From assembly GCA_046570105.1 (NCBI GenBank), contig JBKHVI010000040.1, positions 1 through 28,098 on the forward strand: 28,098 bases of DNA, in the 5' to 3' direction. Each line of letters starts with the position of its first letter. Within the stretch, counting starts at the first letter, position 1. This document shows positions 8,823 to 18,231 of the stretch, piece after piece. Both the position numbers and the translations under genes were made by a program. The notes below the pieces were generated by a model. The model was not told the origin of the DNA, did not search any database, and saw nothing but the letters and a program-made list of their open reading frames with translations. This DNA is from Bacteriovoracia bacterium (lineage in GTDB: Bacteria > Bdellovibrionota > Bacteriovoracia > Bacteriovoracales > Bacteriovoracaceae).

Positions 8823-9098
8823 ATGAGTCAGAAAATCTATGTTGGTAACTTGGGTTACTCAGTTACTAACGAATCTCTATCTACAAAATTCTCACAATTC
8901 GGCAGCGTTAATTCTGCTAAAGTGATCATGGATAGAGACACAAATCGCAGCAAAGGCTTCGGCTTTGTTGAAATGTCATCAAGCTCAGAAGCTGATGATG
9001 CGATTCAAGCGCTTAACGGCGCTGAGTTTGAAGGACGTCAAATGAACGTTTCTCAAGCGAAACCCATGGAAGCACGCGACAACAATCGCCGCTACTAA
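8823..9098 (+). CDS. Single-RRM RNA-binding protein
   Basis: RNP2 IYVGNL and RNP1 KGFGFVEM. GGAGG RBS before ATG 8823; the longer TTG-start ORF is not supported. Confidence 0.95.
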   Translation: MSQKIYVGNLGYSVTNESLSTKFSQFGSVNSAKVIMDRDTNRSKGFGFVEMSSSSEADDAIQALNGAEFEGRQMNVSQAKPMEARDNNRRY

Positions 9099-9107
9099 GT
9101 GAGTTCA

Positions 9108-9141
9108 CAGTCTTGCGGGGTCAAACCTGCAAGACTGCTTT
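9108..9141. terminator. Hairpin, probable terminator after the RRM gene
   Basis: CAGTCTTGCGGG-GTCAAA-CCTGCAAGACTG 12-bp stem (one G-U) followed by CTTT, between convergent genes. Confidence 0.65.
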
Positions 9142-9399
9142 CTAGTCGAGTCGCTCTCTCACCGAATAAACCAGCGACTTCAAATCACTCTTATTTTTTC
9201 TTGGCTGACTTGAATTGAAGAATGGATTTCCATAGGTTCTCAATAACTTGATTTGCTGTCTAAAATTGATTTCCATTTTAGTCCAAGCATCTATCTCATT
9301 CTTAAACTCAATACCGATGTCATCACCATTCGAAAAGCGCGCGTGGGCCACTTCAACTTCTGCGACTAGAACTTTAATACCGTCTGATGCATTTTTCAT
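9142..9399 (-). CDS. Hypothetical protein
   Basis: About 85-aa ORF with an AAGGA RBS before ATG 9399. No recognisable family. Confidence 0.45.
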   Translation of the reverse strand: MKNASDGIKVLVAEVEVAHARFSNGDDIGIEFKNEIDAWTKMEINFRQQIKLLRTYGNPFFNSSQPRKNKSDLKSLVYSVRERLD

Positions 9400-9538
9400 G
9401 ATCATTCCTTAAAGTTGCGAGCGTTGATGTAATGTGGGGACAGATCGTTAAAACAGATCCGAGAGAGCTTTTAGAATAGCTCAAGGAATGACTGAGGTCA
9501 CTTAATTAATGAAAGGGGCAAGAATGTACTAGAGAACT

Positions 9539-10906
9539 CTACTCAGACAGTTCTGAGTTCTCTTCTGACGCGACTTCACAGAGAGCAATTGTGATTTCTG
9601 TATCGACTTCTTTCTCATTTATCACTTGGCGATGAATCATTTTTCCTGCGCCTTCTTTAAAAATGGTATGAAGCTCATCAATCACATAGAGAGAGCTTCC
9701 AATCTTTTCAGCGGTTGGCTTGGCCGATAAACGCGCATACTTATCTAGCATATATTGCATACTCAATTGATATTGAGGGACTTCGCCTTTATACGCCTTG
9801 TTTTTTCCAAGGAAGCCACGGGAATTTACTCGTTGGCGATCCACTCGCTTCCATTCTTTATAAGCATTCACGCAGCGTGGAATAAAGCTGTATACCTGGT
9901 CTTTTTCTTTAAGATCATATTGAAAGCTTGATGGAATAACGCCGACTGAATTATCAAGCTCTGCCAGCAATTGGCGTTTTGTCTCATCGTTGACCTTAGC
10001 AAGCATGCGCTCTTTGAAACTCACTTCATCTTGACGAATTTGTGCACAACTTGCGTCTAAATCAGTATCAAGCGCAGCAAGACCCAACTTCATACAACTC
10101 AAATTGGTAGCAACTGCAAAGTCAGCTACTTCATCAGTCATCACCATATTTTTAGGAGACACAAAAATTCCATCCGCCTTACTAGCGAGAACGACCGCCA
10201 CCACTTGTCCTTTGGCATTATAAACCGGTGAGCCAGAGTTTCCGCCAACCGCGTGACAAGGAACAACCGAGTCTTCTTTAGGAAAGAGTGGGATGATGGT
10301 TGATTTTCTATCTGAGAAATTACCAATTAAAGAATCGCTATGTGGCACACAGACACTGCGCTTATGTTCAGCGCGAATCAGGCCCTCAGGCGATACGATG
10401 GTGTTGACCGTTTCAATGGTGAGCTCTTCTTTGTCAGCAATACCATCACGAGAAACTCGTGCGACAGGAATACCTAGAATCGGAGATGAAAGCTCGATCA
10501 CGGCAAAATCAGGATCAATAAAAGCACCGCGCTTTACTCGGGCCGTCGTGATGACTTTTTTACAAGTTCTCAACTCTTGGCCGTTCTTCGTTTTTACAAA
10601 AAATCCGAGGGCCTCTTTGCATTCAATCTTCTTTGGAAGAATAGGTACACAGCGAGCATTGGTGATAGCATGAGATTCTGAAATCATGAGAGCGGTACAG
10701 GCACTATAGCCTTTAAGACGTCTTGTCAGGGCAAGGCCCAGACCTTCTGGCATAGCTGCATCCAGCGTGACTTTCTTGCTCACTTCTTCAATGGTTTCGC
10801 TCTCTACAGCGTCGATAAATTCGCTGTAATTGGGTTGCGGCTTGTCGGAATTAACCCCACAGCTCATCGCCAATAAACAGAGTAAAACCTTGAATGGCCT
10901 ATGCAT
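9539..10906 (-). CDS. Trypsin-like (S1/PA clan) peptidase-domain lipoprotein with catalytic His apparently replaced by Arg
   Basis: Lipobox-like AMSC, then CTALMIS..ITNARC, DFAVIEL and GNSGSPV. AGGAG RBS. Confidence 0.8.
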   Translation of the reverse strand: MHRPFKVLLCLLAMSCGVNSDKPQPNYSEFIDAVESETIEEVSKKVTLDAAMPEGLGLALTRRLKGYSACTALMISESHAITNARCVPILPKKIECKEALGFFVKTKNGQELRTCKKVITTARVKRGAFIDPDFAVIELSSPILGIPVARVSRDGIADKEELTIETVNTIVSPEGLIRAEHKRSVCVPHSDSLIGNFSDRKSTIIPLFPKEDSVVPCHAVGGNSGSPVYNAKGQVVAVVLASKADGIFVSPKNMVMTDEVADFAVATNLSCMKLGLAALDTDLDASCAQIRQDEVSFKERMLAKVNDETKRQLLAELDNSVGVIPSSFQYDLKEKDQVYSFIPRCVNAYKEWKRVDRQRVNSRGFLGKNKAYKGEVPQYQLSMQYMLDKYARLSAKPTAEKIGSSLYVIDELHTIFKEGAGKMIHRQVINEKEVDTEITIALCEVASEENSELSE

Positions 10907-10932
10907 AAAGTACTCCTAATGGAGCCTTTATA

Positions 10933-10948
10933 AGCAATTGAAATGCCA
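10933..10948 (-). promoter_or_regulatory. Sigma54 (-24/-12) promoter of the trypsin-like lipoprotein
   Basis: Minus strand reads TGGCAT-TTCAA-TTGCT, matching TGGCAC-N5-TTGCW with correct spacing, 26 nt upstream of the ATG. Confidence 0.7.
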
Positions 10949-10959
10949 AAAATCAGGGT

Positions 10960-10985
10960 CTAACCCCCTAGAAATGAGGGGTTAG
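10960..10985. terminator. Inverted repeat downstream of paaZ (terminator or regulator site)
   Basis: CTAACCCC-N10-GGGGTTAG 8-bp stem without an immediately adjacent T-run. Confidence 0.4.
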
Positions 10986-11019
10986 TTTATGAATTTCATG
11001 ACGGGTGTCTATCCCGTGA

Positions 11020-13068
11020 TCAGTTATCCGCTTTCTTCTTAACCATCGTTAAGATGGTCGCAATCGCCACTGATTCGCCAGTTTCGTCATAAACATCCAC
11101 CAACCATTTCACGATACCTTTGGCGATATCTTCGGGAGTTTTCTTCTCTTGATCGACCTTCTCTTTGCAGGTGAATTTCACGCCAATAACAGCACCTGGA
11201 TAAACCGGTTTAATAAAACGGCATTCATCTAGGCCGTAATTGAGAAGGACTGGCCCCTTGGGTGGATCAACAAATAATCCGGCTGCTCGAGAGAGAATGA
11301 AATAACCATGCGCCACACGACCCGTGAAAATGGTGCCTTCGAGAGAATTCTCATCCATATGGGCGTAGAACTTATCACCTGAGAGATCAGCGAAGTTTTC
11401 AATATCATCAAGAGTCACAGTGTGTTTTTCAGTAATAAGTGTTTCGCCGACTTCTAACTCTTCAAAATATTTTCTGAAGGGATGAACTGCGGTAATTTTC
11501 TGTTTGGCCCCATATTGGTACTGATTAGTAATTTTAGTCAGCGTGGTAGGACTTCCTTGAATCGCCGTGCGCTGGAGATAGTGCATGACACCTCTCTTGC
11601 CACCCATCTCTTCGCCACCACCCGCGCGTCCTGGACCGCCATGAACGAGCATTGGCATCGGTGAGCCATGTCCAGTGCTCTCTTTGGCACATTCAGCATT
11701 GAAAACGAGAATGCGGCCATGCATATTAGCGGCACCGACCACAAAATCACGAGCGATATCATCATCAGCGGTAGCAATCGAACAAACCAGTGATCCTAAG
11801 CCCATACGTGCAAGAGTGATGGCATCATCTGTTGTCTTATAAGGCATGATTGTTGAGACCGGACCAAACGCTTCGACATTATGACAGGCGGTTTTCTCAA
11901 AAGGACGATCATTCAAGAACAAGACCGGCGGCATGAAGGCACCTTTCTTAGCATCAGCTCCCGTGACTTGGAAATTTTCGAGATTGCCGTAAACCATTTT
12001 ATGCGAGCGCGCGAGTTCTTGTACTTTCTCATGCACTTCTTTAAGTTGCGCCTGGCCTGCGAGTGAGCCCATGCGCACACCTTCCGTTTGCGGATCTCCG
12101 ATCACTACACCATCAAGGCGTTTTGCTAAAGCTGTCTGCACAGCTTCCACACAATTTTCAGGAACGATCAAACGGCGAACAGCGGTACATTTCTGGCCAG
12201 CTTTGATGGTGATCTCTTTAGTCGCTTCTTTAATAAAAATATCAAATTCTGCGCTGCCTGGTTTTACATCAAGACCGAGCACCATGGCATTAAGCGAATC
12301 CGCTTCTAGATTAAACGGCACCGACTCCTGTACTAAGCGAGGGTGAGCTTTAAGCATTTTCCCGGTGTGAGCCGAACCTGTGAAAGTCACCACATCTTGA
12401 TTGATGACATGCTCAAGAATGCCATTTGCCGAACCACAGATGAGTTGTAATGAACCATCCGGCAAAATCCCTGAGGCAACAATATCTTTTGCGACAAGTT
12501 CGGTGAGGAAACTGGTAACAGTGGCAGGCTTTACGATCGCCGGCACGCCAGCAAAAAGATTGACCGCAATTTTTTCTAACATGCCCCAGACAGGAAAATT
12601 AAAGGCGTTAATGTGAATAGCTACACCTTGTTTGGGCACACAGATATGATGGCCAATGAAACTGCCACCTTTACTGAGTTTCGCCATATCTCCATCGACA
12701 TAATACGGAAGATCAGGAAATTGGCGACGAAGAGTGGCGTAAGCAAATAAATTTCCGATACCACCTTCGATATCAATCCACGAGTCGACTTTCGTCGCAC
12801 CGGTAGCATAACTTAATTGGTAATATTTTTCTTTGCGCTCCATCAGATGAAGGGCAAGGGCTTTCAACATGCGTCCGCGCTCTTGGAAAGTCATCTTGCG
12901 AAGTTTTTTTCCACCTACCGTGCGCGCATAATCCATCATATCGCCAAAATTGAGACCCTGAGAACTTGCTGTCGCCAGTTCTGCTCCCGTGATGGCATTA
13001 AAAAGTTTTTGTCCATCTCCCTGACCTTTTGTCCATTTCCCGAGAGCGTAATTTTCTAGCATTTGCAT
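11020..13068 (-). CDS. paaZ: Bifunctional oxepin-CoA hydrolase / 3-oxo-5,6-dehydrosuberyl-CoA semialdehyde dehydrogenase
   Basis: ALDH domain (NAFNFPVWGMLEK, EADS, GQKCTA) plus C-terminal MaoC domain (FADLSGDKFYAH, VAHGYF). Confidence 0.95.
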   Translation of the reverse strand: MQMLENYALGKWTKGQGDGQKLFNAITGAELATASSQGLNFGDMMDYARTVGGKKLRKMTFQERGRMLKALALHLMERKEKYYQLSYATGATKVDSWIDIEGGIGNLFAYATLRRQFPDLPYYVDGDMAKLSKGGSFIGHHICVPKQGVAIHINAFNFPVWGMLEKIAVNLFAGVPAIVKPATVTSFLTELVAKDIVASGILPDGSLQLICGSANGILEHVINQDVVTFTGSAHTGKMLKAHPRLVQESVPFNLEADSLNAMVLGLDVKPGSAEFDIFIKEATKEITIKAGQKCTAVRRLIVPENCVEAVQTALAKRLDGVVIGDPQTEGVRMGSLAGQAQLKEVHEKVQELARSHKMVYGNLENFQVTGADAKKGAFMPPVLFLNDRPFEKTACHNVEAFGPVSTIMPYKTTDDAITLARMGLGSLVCSIATADDDIARDFVVGAANMHGRILVFNAECAKESTGHGSPMPMLVHGGPGRAGGGEEMGGKRGVMHYLQRTAIQGSPTTLTKITNQYQYGAKQKITAVHPFRKYFEELEVGETLITEKHTVTLDDIENFADLSGDKFYAHMDENSLEGTIFTGRVAHGYFILSRAAGLFVDPPKGPVLLNYGLDECRFIKPVYPGAVIGVKFTCKEKVDQEKKTPEDIAKGIVKWLVDVYDETGESVAIATILTMVKKKADN

Positions 13069-13077
13069 AAATGCTCC

Positions 13078-14277
13078 TTAAACTTTTTCGATGATGACAG
13101 CAAAGCCTTGGCCGACACCAATACACATGGTGACCAAAGCATAACGCTTATTAGTTAATTGAAGTTCGAGTGCAGCTGAATTAAGAATACGCGCTCCTGA
13201 CATACCCAAAGGATGTCCGAGAGCGATTGCTCCCCCGTTAGGATTAACTCTTGGATCATTATCTTTTAAGCCAAGGCCACGTGTTACCGCGAGACTTTGA
13301 GCGGCGAAGGCTTCATTAAGTTCAATCACATCAATATCACTTAATTTAAGCTTCGCTTTTTTAAGTGCCATCTCAGTCGCGGGCACGGGACCAATTCCCA
13401 TGATCCGCGGCTCAACTCCTGCGACACCCATCGAAACAATTCGTGCGCGAGGTTTGAGATTATGTTTTTTAATTCCATCATCATTGGCCATAAGAATGGC
13501 GCAGGCGCCATCATTTAGGCCGGAGGCATTGCCCGCCGTGACTGAGCCATCTTTCTTGAACGCAGGCTTCAAAGCCGCCAGACCTTCAAGAGTCGTTTGT
13601 GGCTTGATGAATTCATCATGCTCGATTTTAATCACTTCTTTTTTATTTTGAATCTCAAGCGGAGCGATCTCTTGCGCAAACCGTCCTGAGCTTCGCGCTT
13701 TGGCCGCTTTCATTTGCGACTGATAAGCAAACTGGTCTTGATCAGCGCGTGAAATATTATCACGAGCAACAAGATTCTCAGCGGTTTCTCCCATGGCATC
13801 TGTGCCATACATTTCTTTAAGTTTTGGATTAATAAAACGCCAACCAAAGGTGGTATCAAACATTTGCGAATCACCACCAAATGCAGTCGTGGGCTTTGAC
13901 ATAACAAAAGGCGAACGAGTCATACTCTCTACTCCACCAGCAATCATCAGCTCAGCATCTCCCAACATCAACATGCGAGCGGCACTCATCGCTGATGAGA
14001 GTCCCGAAGCACACAGACGATTAAGCGTTTCTCCAGGAACTGTTTGGGGAAGTCCTGCCAAGAGAAGTGCCATCCGAGCGACGTTACGATTGTCTTCACC
14101 GGCCTGATTAGCACAACCCAAAATCACATCGCCAATGGCAGAGAGATCGAGTTTGGGATGACGCTTAACCAACTCACGGATCACATGGGCCGCCATATCA
14201 TCAGGTCGTACAGTCGAGAGCTGACCCTTGAGGTAACCGATTGGTGTGCGAACTCCATCCACAATATAAGCATTCAT
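13078..14277 (-). CDS. pcaF: 3-oxoadipyl-CoA thiolase (PcaF/PaaJ type)
   Basis: GCANQAGEDNRNVARM, NRLCASG, NEAFA, GHPLG and CIGVGQG motifs. Confidence 0.92.
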   Translation of the reverse strand: MNAYIVDGVRTPIGYLKGQLSTVRPDDMAAHVIRELVKRHPKLDLSAIGDVILGCANQAGEDNRNVARMALLLAGLPQTVPGETLNRLCASGLSSAMSAARMLMLGDAELMIAGGVESMTRSPFVMSKPTTAFGGDSQMFDTTFGWRFINPKLKEMYGTDAMGETAENLVARDNISRADQDQFAYQSQMKAAKARSSGRFAQEIAPLEIQNKKEVIKIEHDEFIKPQTTLEGLAALKPAFKKDGSVTAGNASGLNDGACAILMANDDGIKKHNLKPRARIVSMGVAGVEPRIMGIGPVPATEMALKKAKLKLSDIDVIELNEAFAAQSLAVTRGLGLKDNDPRVNPNGGAIALGHPLGMSGARILNSAALELQLTNKRYALVTMCIGVGQGFAVIIEKV

Positions 14278-14688
14278 TTAAGATCCTTTGATGACACTCT
14301 TGCCGGTTCGAATTGCGGTGCCACGAAATTGAGCAACTAATTCATTTTTTTGATTGGTAAGTTTGACCTCGTACACACCGGTGGTTTTTCCGTTATGCAC
14401 TTCTTCGACTTGTGCGGTGATGACATCACCAAGACTGGCTTTCTTAATAAACGAAACGACGGCATCAAGAGCTAAAGAAAGATTGTCACGAGAGTTACAA
14501 GCGAAGGCAAAGGCGCTATCAGCAAGAGCAAATAAAACTCCGCCATGAACGACAGCAAAGCCATTGAGCATGTCTTCTTTGATGGTCATACTCACGCGTG
14601 CTTGGCCATCAGCAACCGATTCGACGTTAAGCCCAAGCCACTGACTGAAGCGATCATGCTCCAGCATCTTTTTGACTGATTCATTCAT
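14278..14688 (-). CDS. paaI: Hydroxyphenylacetyl-CoA thioesterase (hotdog fold)
   Basis: MLNGFAVVHGGVLFALADSAFAFACNS motif, located in the paa cluster. Confidence 0.92.
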   Translation of the reverse strand: MNESVKKMLEHDRFSQWLGLNVESVADGQARVSMTIKEDMLNGFAVVHGGVLFALADSAFAFACNSRDNLSLALDAVVSFIKKASLGDVITAQVEEVHNGKTTGVYEVKLTNQKNELVAQFRGTAIRTGKSVIKGS

Positions 14689-14697
14689 GGGATTATT

Positions 14698-15168
14698 CTA
14701 GCGATGACACTTGAAGTAATCAAAAGGTTCGAAGCAGTCTTGGCACTGATACATCGCTTTACACGCCGTTGAGCCAAATTGGGCCAACATTTTGGTGTTT
14801 TGTGACTCACAGCGAGGGCATGACACCTGGGGTTGTTCGAACATCCCCGTACCGCCCTCTACTGGAGGAGCGATACCGTAATCTTTAAGTTTCTGCTTAC
14901 CCGCCTCACTCATCCAGTCCGTCGTCCACGCCGGACTTAAAAGCGTTTGAACTTTCACTGAACCAAGCGTTTTAAGACAATTTTTAATATCGTCTTCAAT
15001 GGTATTCATCGCCGGGCAACCTGAATAGGTTGGAGTGATCGTCACCAGAATGTCTTGGTTTTGAATTTTTACGTCGCGGACAATTCCCAGATCAATCACA
15101 CTTAAGACCGGCACTTCCGGATCAGTGACCTCTTCTAACAGCTTCCATACTTCCGAAGCTGTTACCAC
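14698..15168 (-). CDS. paaD: 1,2-phenylacetyl-CoA epoxidase subunit D
   Basis: DPEVPVLS, TPTYSGCPA, PAWTTDW, CPRC...FGSTACKA..EPFDYFKC. Confidence 0.95.
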   Translation of the reverse strand: MVTASEVWKLLEEVTDPEVPVLSVIDLGIVRDVKIQNQDILVTITPTYSGCPAMNTIEDDIKNCLKTLGSVKVQTLLSPAWTTDWMSEAGKQKLKDYGIAPPVEGGTGMFEQPQVSCPRCESQNTKMLAQFGSTACKAMYQCQDCFEPFDYFKCHR

Positions 15169-15914
15169 GAGAGTCCCGGATAGGTTCTCTGCAGGATTTG
15201 CATCTCTGCGAGGATAAAGCCCAGGTTCTCTGAGTGAATCCCACTCTTGCCACCAGTCTGCTGACTATCTGTCATAGGAACATTAAGAGTGGCTTCCGCA
15301 AAAATCTCTTGAACCTTCGCTAACCATGCGGCTTTAAATTTTGTGTTATCTGGTGCCACTCCTGCTTTAATCAGCGGAAGTTCGTAAGGAGCATTGGTGA
15401 GCATTTCTCCCGTCCACATCCACAAGCTATCCACTGCTTTTTGCATGCGCTCATGGCTTTCTGTCGTTCCATCGCCTAAACGAATCACCCACTCCGAACT
15501 CCAAGTGAGATGATAGCGCACTTCTTTAACTGATTTTTCGGCAATAGCTTTTAAGCGCTCATCGTTGCTCTTTAAAAGTTCTTCATTTTGTAAAAGATGA
15601 AAGACATCATAGAAAAATTGGCGAGCAAGCGTGTGAGCGAAGTCCCCATTTTTTTGTTCTACTAACAAAAGATTTTTGTACTGGCGCTCACCACGCAAGA
15701 AAGCCAGATCGTCTTCCGTCTTACCTTCTCCCTGCAACTCGGCGGCATATTGATAAAGCGAGCGGCTCTGGCCAAAGAGATCAAGAGCAATATTCGACAT
15801 AGCAATATCTTGCTCTAGCACAAAATTATGGCCACACCATTCACCCAAGCGCTGTCCCAGGATTAAGTGAGTGTCAGCGAGATGAAGAGTGAAATTTAAT
15901 AAATCAGTTTTCAT
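15162..15914 (-). CDS. paaC: 1,2-phenylacetyl-CoA epoxidase subunit C
   Basis: LILGQRLGEWCGH, KEVRYH, RLGDGTTESH, QRTYPG. Confidence 0.95.
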   Translation of the reverse strand: MKTDLLNFTLHLADTHLILGQRLGEWCGHNFVLEQDIAMSNIALDLFGQSRSLYQYAAELQGEGKTEDDLAFLRGERQYKNLLLVEQKNGDFAHTLARQFFYDVFHLLQNEELLKSNDERLKAIAEKSVKEVRYHLTWSSEWVIRLGDGTTESHERMQKAVDSLWMWTGEMLTNAPYELPLIKAGVAPDNTKFKAAWLAKVQEIFAEATLNVPMTDSQQTGGKSGIHSENLGFILAEMQILQRTYPGLSW

Positions 15915-16201
15915 TACATATGCTCGATATCATCAGGAACATCATAAAACGTCGGATGACGGTAAACTTTGTCTTCGGCCGGATCAAAAAATTGCGCCGC
16001 TTCGTCCGGGTTTGAGGCATGAATATTTTTTGATTCAATCACCCAAATACTCACACCCTCTTGGCGTCTCGTATAAACATCGCGGGCATTTTCCATCGCC
16101 ATACGAGCATCAGTGGCATGCAAACTACCAACATGCTTGTGATCCAGGCCTTGGCGACTACGAATAAAGACTTCCCAGAGCGGCCAGTTTTTCTTATCCA
16201 C
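15914..16201 (-). CDS. paaB: 1,2-phenylacetyl-CoA epoxidase subunit B
   Basis: WPLWEVFIRS..GLDHKHVGSLHA, ARDVYTRR, DKVYRHPTFY. Confidence 0.96.
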   Translation of the reverse strand: MDKKNWPLWEVFIRSRQGLDHKHVGSLHATDARMAMENARDVYTRRQEGVSIWVIESKNIHASNPDEAAQFFDPAEDKVYRHPTFYDVPDDIEHM

Positions 16202-16204
16202 GCT

Positions 16205-17146
16205 TTACGCTCCCTTCTGTGTATTTAAACGAGCCGCGCGCTTTTCAGCATAGGCACTGGCCGCTTCTCTGACCCAGGCGCCATTCTCGTGGGCAGCAAG
16301 CCGAGCAGCGATACGATCTTTGTTGCAAAGACCATTCCCCTTCACCACTCGCCAAAATTCATCCCAATCAATATCGCCGAAGTCATAGCCATTCTTGGCG
16401 TCATTCCACTTAAGTTTTTCATCAGGAACTTTAAGTCCCAAGAACTCAGCTTGCGGCACCATCATATTGACAAATTTCTGGCGTAACTCATCGTTAGAGA
16501 AGCGCTTGATTCTCCAGCGCATCGAGAGTTCGCTATTGCCCGATTCTTCATCTTTAGGACCAAACATCATCAGAGTTGGCCACCACCAGCGATTGATCGC
16601 ATCCTGCGCCATTGCTTTTTGCTCAGATGATCCTTGCGAGAGGGCCATCATTATCTCAAAACCCTGACGTTGATGAAAACTCTCTTCCTTGCACACGCGC
16701 ACCATCGCTCGGGCATAGGGACCGTAAGATGTGCGACAGAGTGGAACTTGATTGAGAATAGCAGCACCATCCACTAGCCACCCAACAGCACCAATATCGG
16801 CCCAAGTGAGTGTGGGATAATTAAAAATGGAAGAGTACTTCGCCTTACCCGAATGCAAATCATCGATGGCCTGATCGCGACTCATACCAAGCGTTTCCAT
16901 GGCGCTATAAAGATAGAGACCATGACCCGCTTCATCTTGTACCTTGGCCAGCAAGGTGGCCTTACGACGCAAAGTCGGAGCACGTGTAATCCAGTTTCCT
17001 TCCGGTAACATGCCAACAATTTCAGAATGAGCGTGTTGCGAGATCTGACGGATGAGGGTTTTGCGATAAGCATCCGGCATCCAGTCTTTCGGCTCAATGC
17101 GGACTTCTTCATTAATTTTTTTATCGAAGATTTCTTGTTCCGTCAT
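16205..17146 (-). CDS. paaA: 1,2-phenylacetyl-CoA epoxidase subunit A (di-iron)
   Basis: [32 protein letters not shown] and KEESFH di-iron motifs. Confidence 0.97.
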   Translation of the reverse strand: MTEQEIFDKKINEEVRIEPKDWMPDAYRKTLIRQISQHAHSEIVGMLPEGNWITRAPTLRRKATLLAKVQDEAGHGLYLYSAMETLGMSRDQAIDDLHSGKAKYSSIFNYPTLTWADIGAVGWLVDGAAILNQVPLCRTSYGPYARAMVRVCKEESFHQRQGFEIMMALSQGSSEQKAMAQDAINRWWWPTLMMFGPKDEESGNSELSMRWRIKRFSNDELRQKFVNMMVPQAEFLGLKVPDEKLKWNDAKNGYDFGDIDWDEFWRVVKGNGLCNKDRIAARLAAHENGAWVREAASAYAEKRAARLNTQKGA

Positions 17147-17154
17147 AAGTCATC

Positions 17155-18231
17155 TCACTTAATATCGAAGTTAACTCGTACATCTTTGGTACGAGGATGC
17201 GACTGACACGTTAATACAAAACCTGCAGCAAGTTCGTCCGGGGCCAGCGAATAGTTTACATCCATTTCGACTGATCCAACTTCGATTTTGGCCCGACAAG
17301 TGGCACACACCCCACCTTTACAGGCAAAAGGCAGATCGACACCGTTTTTCATAGCGGCATCCAGGATATTTTCCCCAAGGTATCCCAACTCAAAAACCGT
17401 CTCTACTCCATCGAGCTTCAAAGTGACTCGACTTTTTTCTCCGGTATCAGCTGATGCTGCCTTTTGAGCTTCGATCTTTTTGGCGTGAGATTTAGCACTA
17501 AAAAATAATTCAAAATGGATCTTATCGGCCGCAAGGCCTCGCGCCATCAATGCATCCTTTGCTCCCAAGATCATCTCTTCTGGACCACAGAGATAGACCC
17601 CATCAATGGTGTCGACTGGAATAAGTTTTTCTACCAGGTAATCACATTTTTTTTGATCGATTCGCCCGGCTAAGAATTCTGCTTCAGCACGCTCACGGCT
17701 TAAAACATGGTACACACTTAAACGAGTCAAATGACGATTCTTAAGTGCTTCAATATCATTTTTAAAAATGATTGAGCCCTTGGTCTTATTGCCATAGATG
17801 AGCGTGATGTGACTTTGCGGTTCATCCCCCAGAATTGTTTTAACTTGCGATAAGATGGGTGTGATGCCAGAGCCAGCCGCGATCATGACATAATTTTTCT
17901 TATTTTGTTTTTTGGCTTCTAGAACAAAACGGCCATCGGGCGCCATAGTTTCGAGCACATCACCGATTTTTAATTGATCGTTAGCAAAAGTGGAGAACAC
18001 TCCACCTTCTAATTTTTTGATTGCGACTCGAAGCTCACCTTCAGACGGGGCAGAACATATTGAATAGGAGCGGCGGATTTCTTCTGAACCATTTTTATAT
18101 TTAAAGGTAAGGTACTGGCCGGCCTTAAAAGCATAATCTTTTTTTAGATTGGCCGGAACATCTAAGAGCACCGAGACACAGTCAGGCGTCTCACGGCGAA
18201 CATCTTTCACTTTGAGTGCATGAAAGTTCAT
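17155..18231 (-). CDS. paaE: 1,2-phenylacetyl-CoA epoxidase reductase subunit (FAD/NAD/2Fe-2S)
   Basis: RRSYSIC, AAGSGITP, CGP and CKGGVCATC..VLTCQ ferredoxin motif. Confidence 0.93.
   Translation of the reverse strand: MNFHALKVKDVRRETPDCVSVLLDVPANLKKDYAFKAGQYLTFKYKNGSEEIRRSYSICSAPSEGELRVAIKKLEGGVFSTFANDQLKIGDVLETMAPDGRFVLEAKKQNKKNYVMIAAGSGITPILSQVKTILGDEPQSHITLIYGNKTKGSIIFKNDIEALKNRHLTRLSVYHVLSRERAEAEFLAGRIDQKKCDYLVEKLIPVDTIDGVYLCGPEEMILGAKDALMARGLAADKIHFELFFSAKSHAKKIEAQKAASADTGEKSRVTLKLDGVETVFELGYLGENILDAAMKNGVDLPFACKGGVCATCRAKIEVGSVEMDVNYSLAPDELAAGFVLTCQSHPRTKDVRVNFDIK

Noticed and set aside
9493..9501. TGAGGTCAC matching part of the ORF6N palindrome arm
   Set aside because: A single 9-bp half-site match is expected by chance in 28 kb on two strands.
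7006..9540. Prophage or integrative element at tRNA-Asp
   Set aside because: No integrase, structural genes or duplicated tRNA 3' end (att) is visible.
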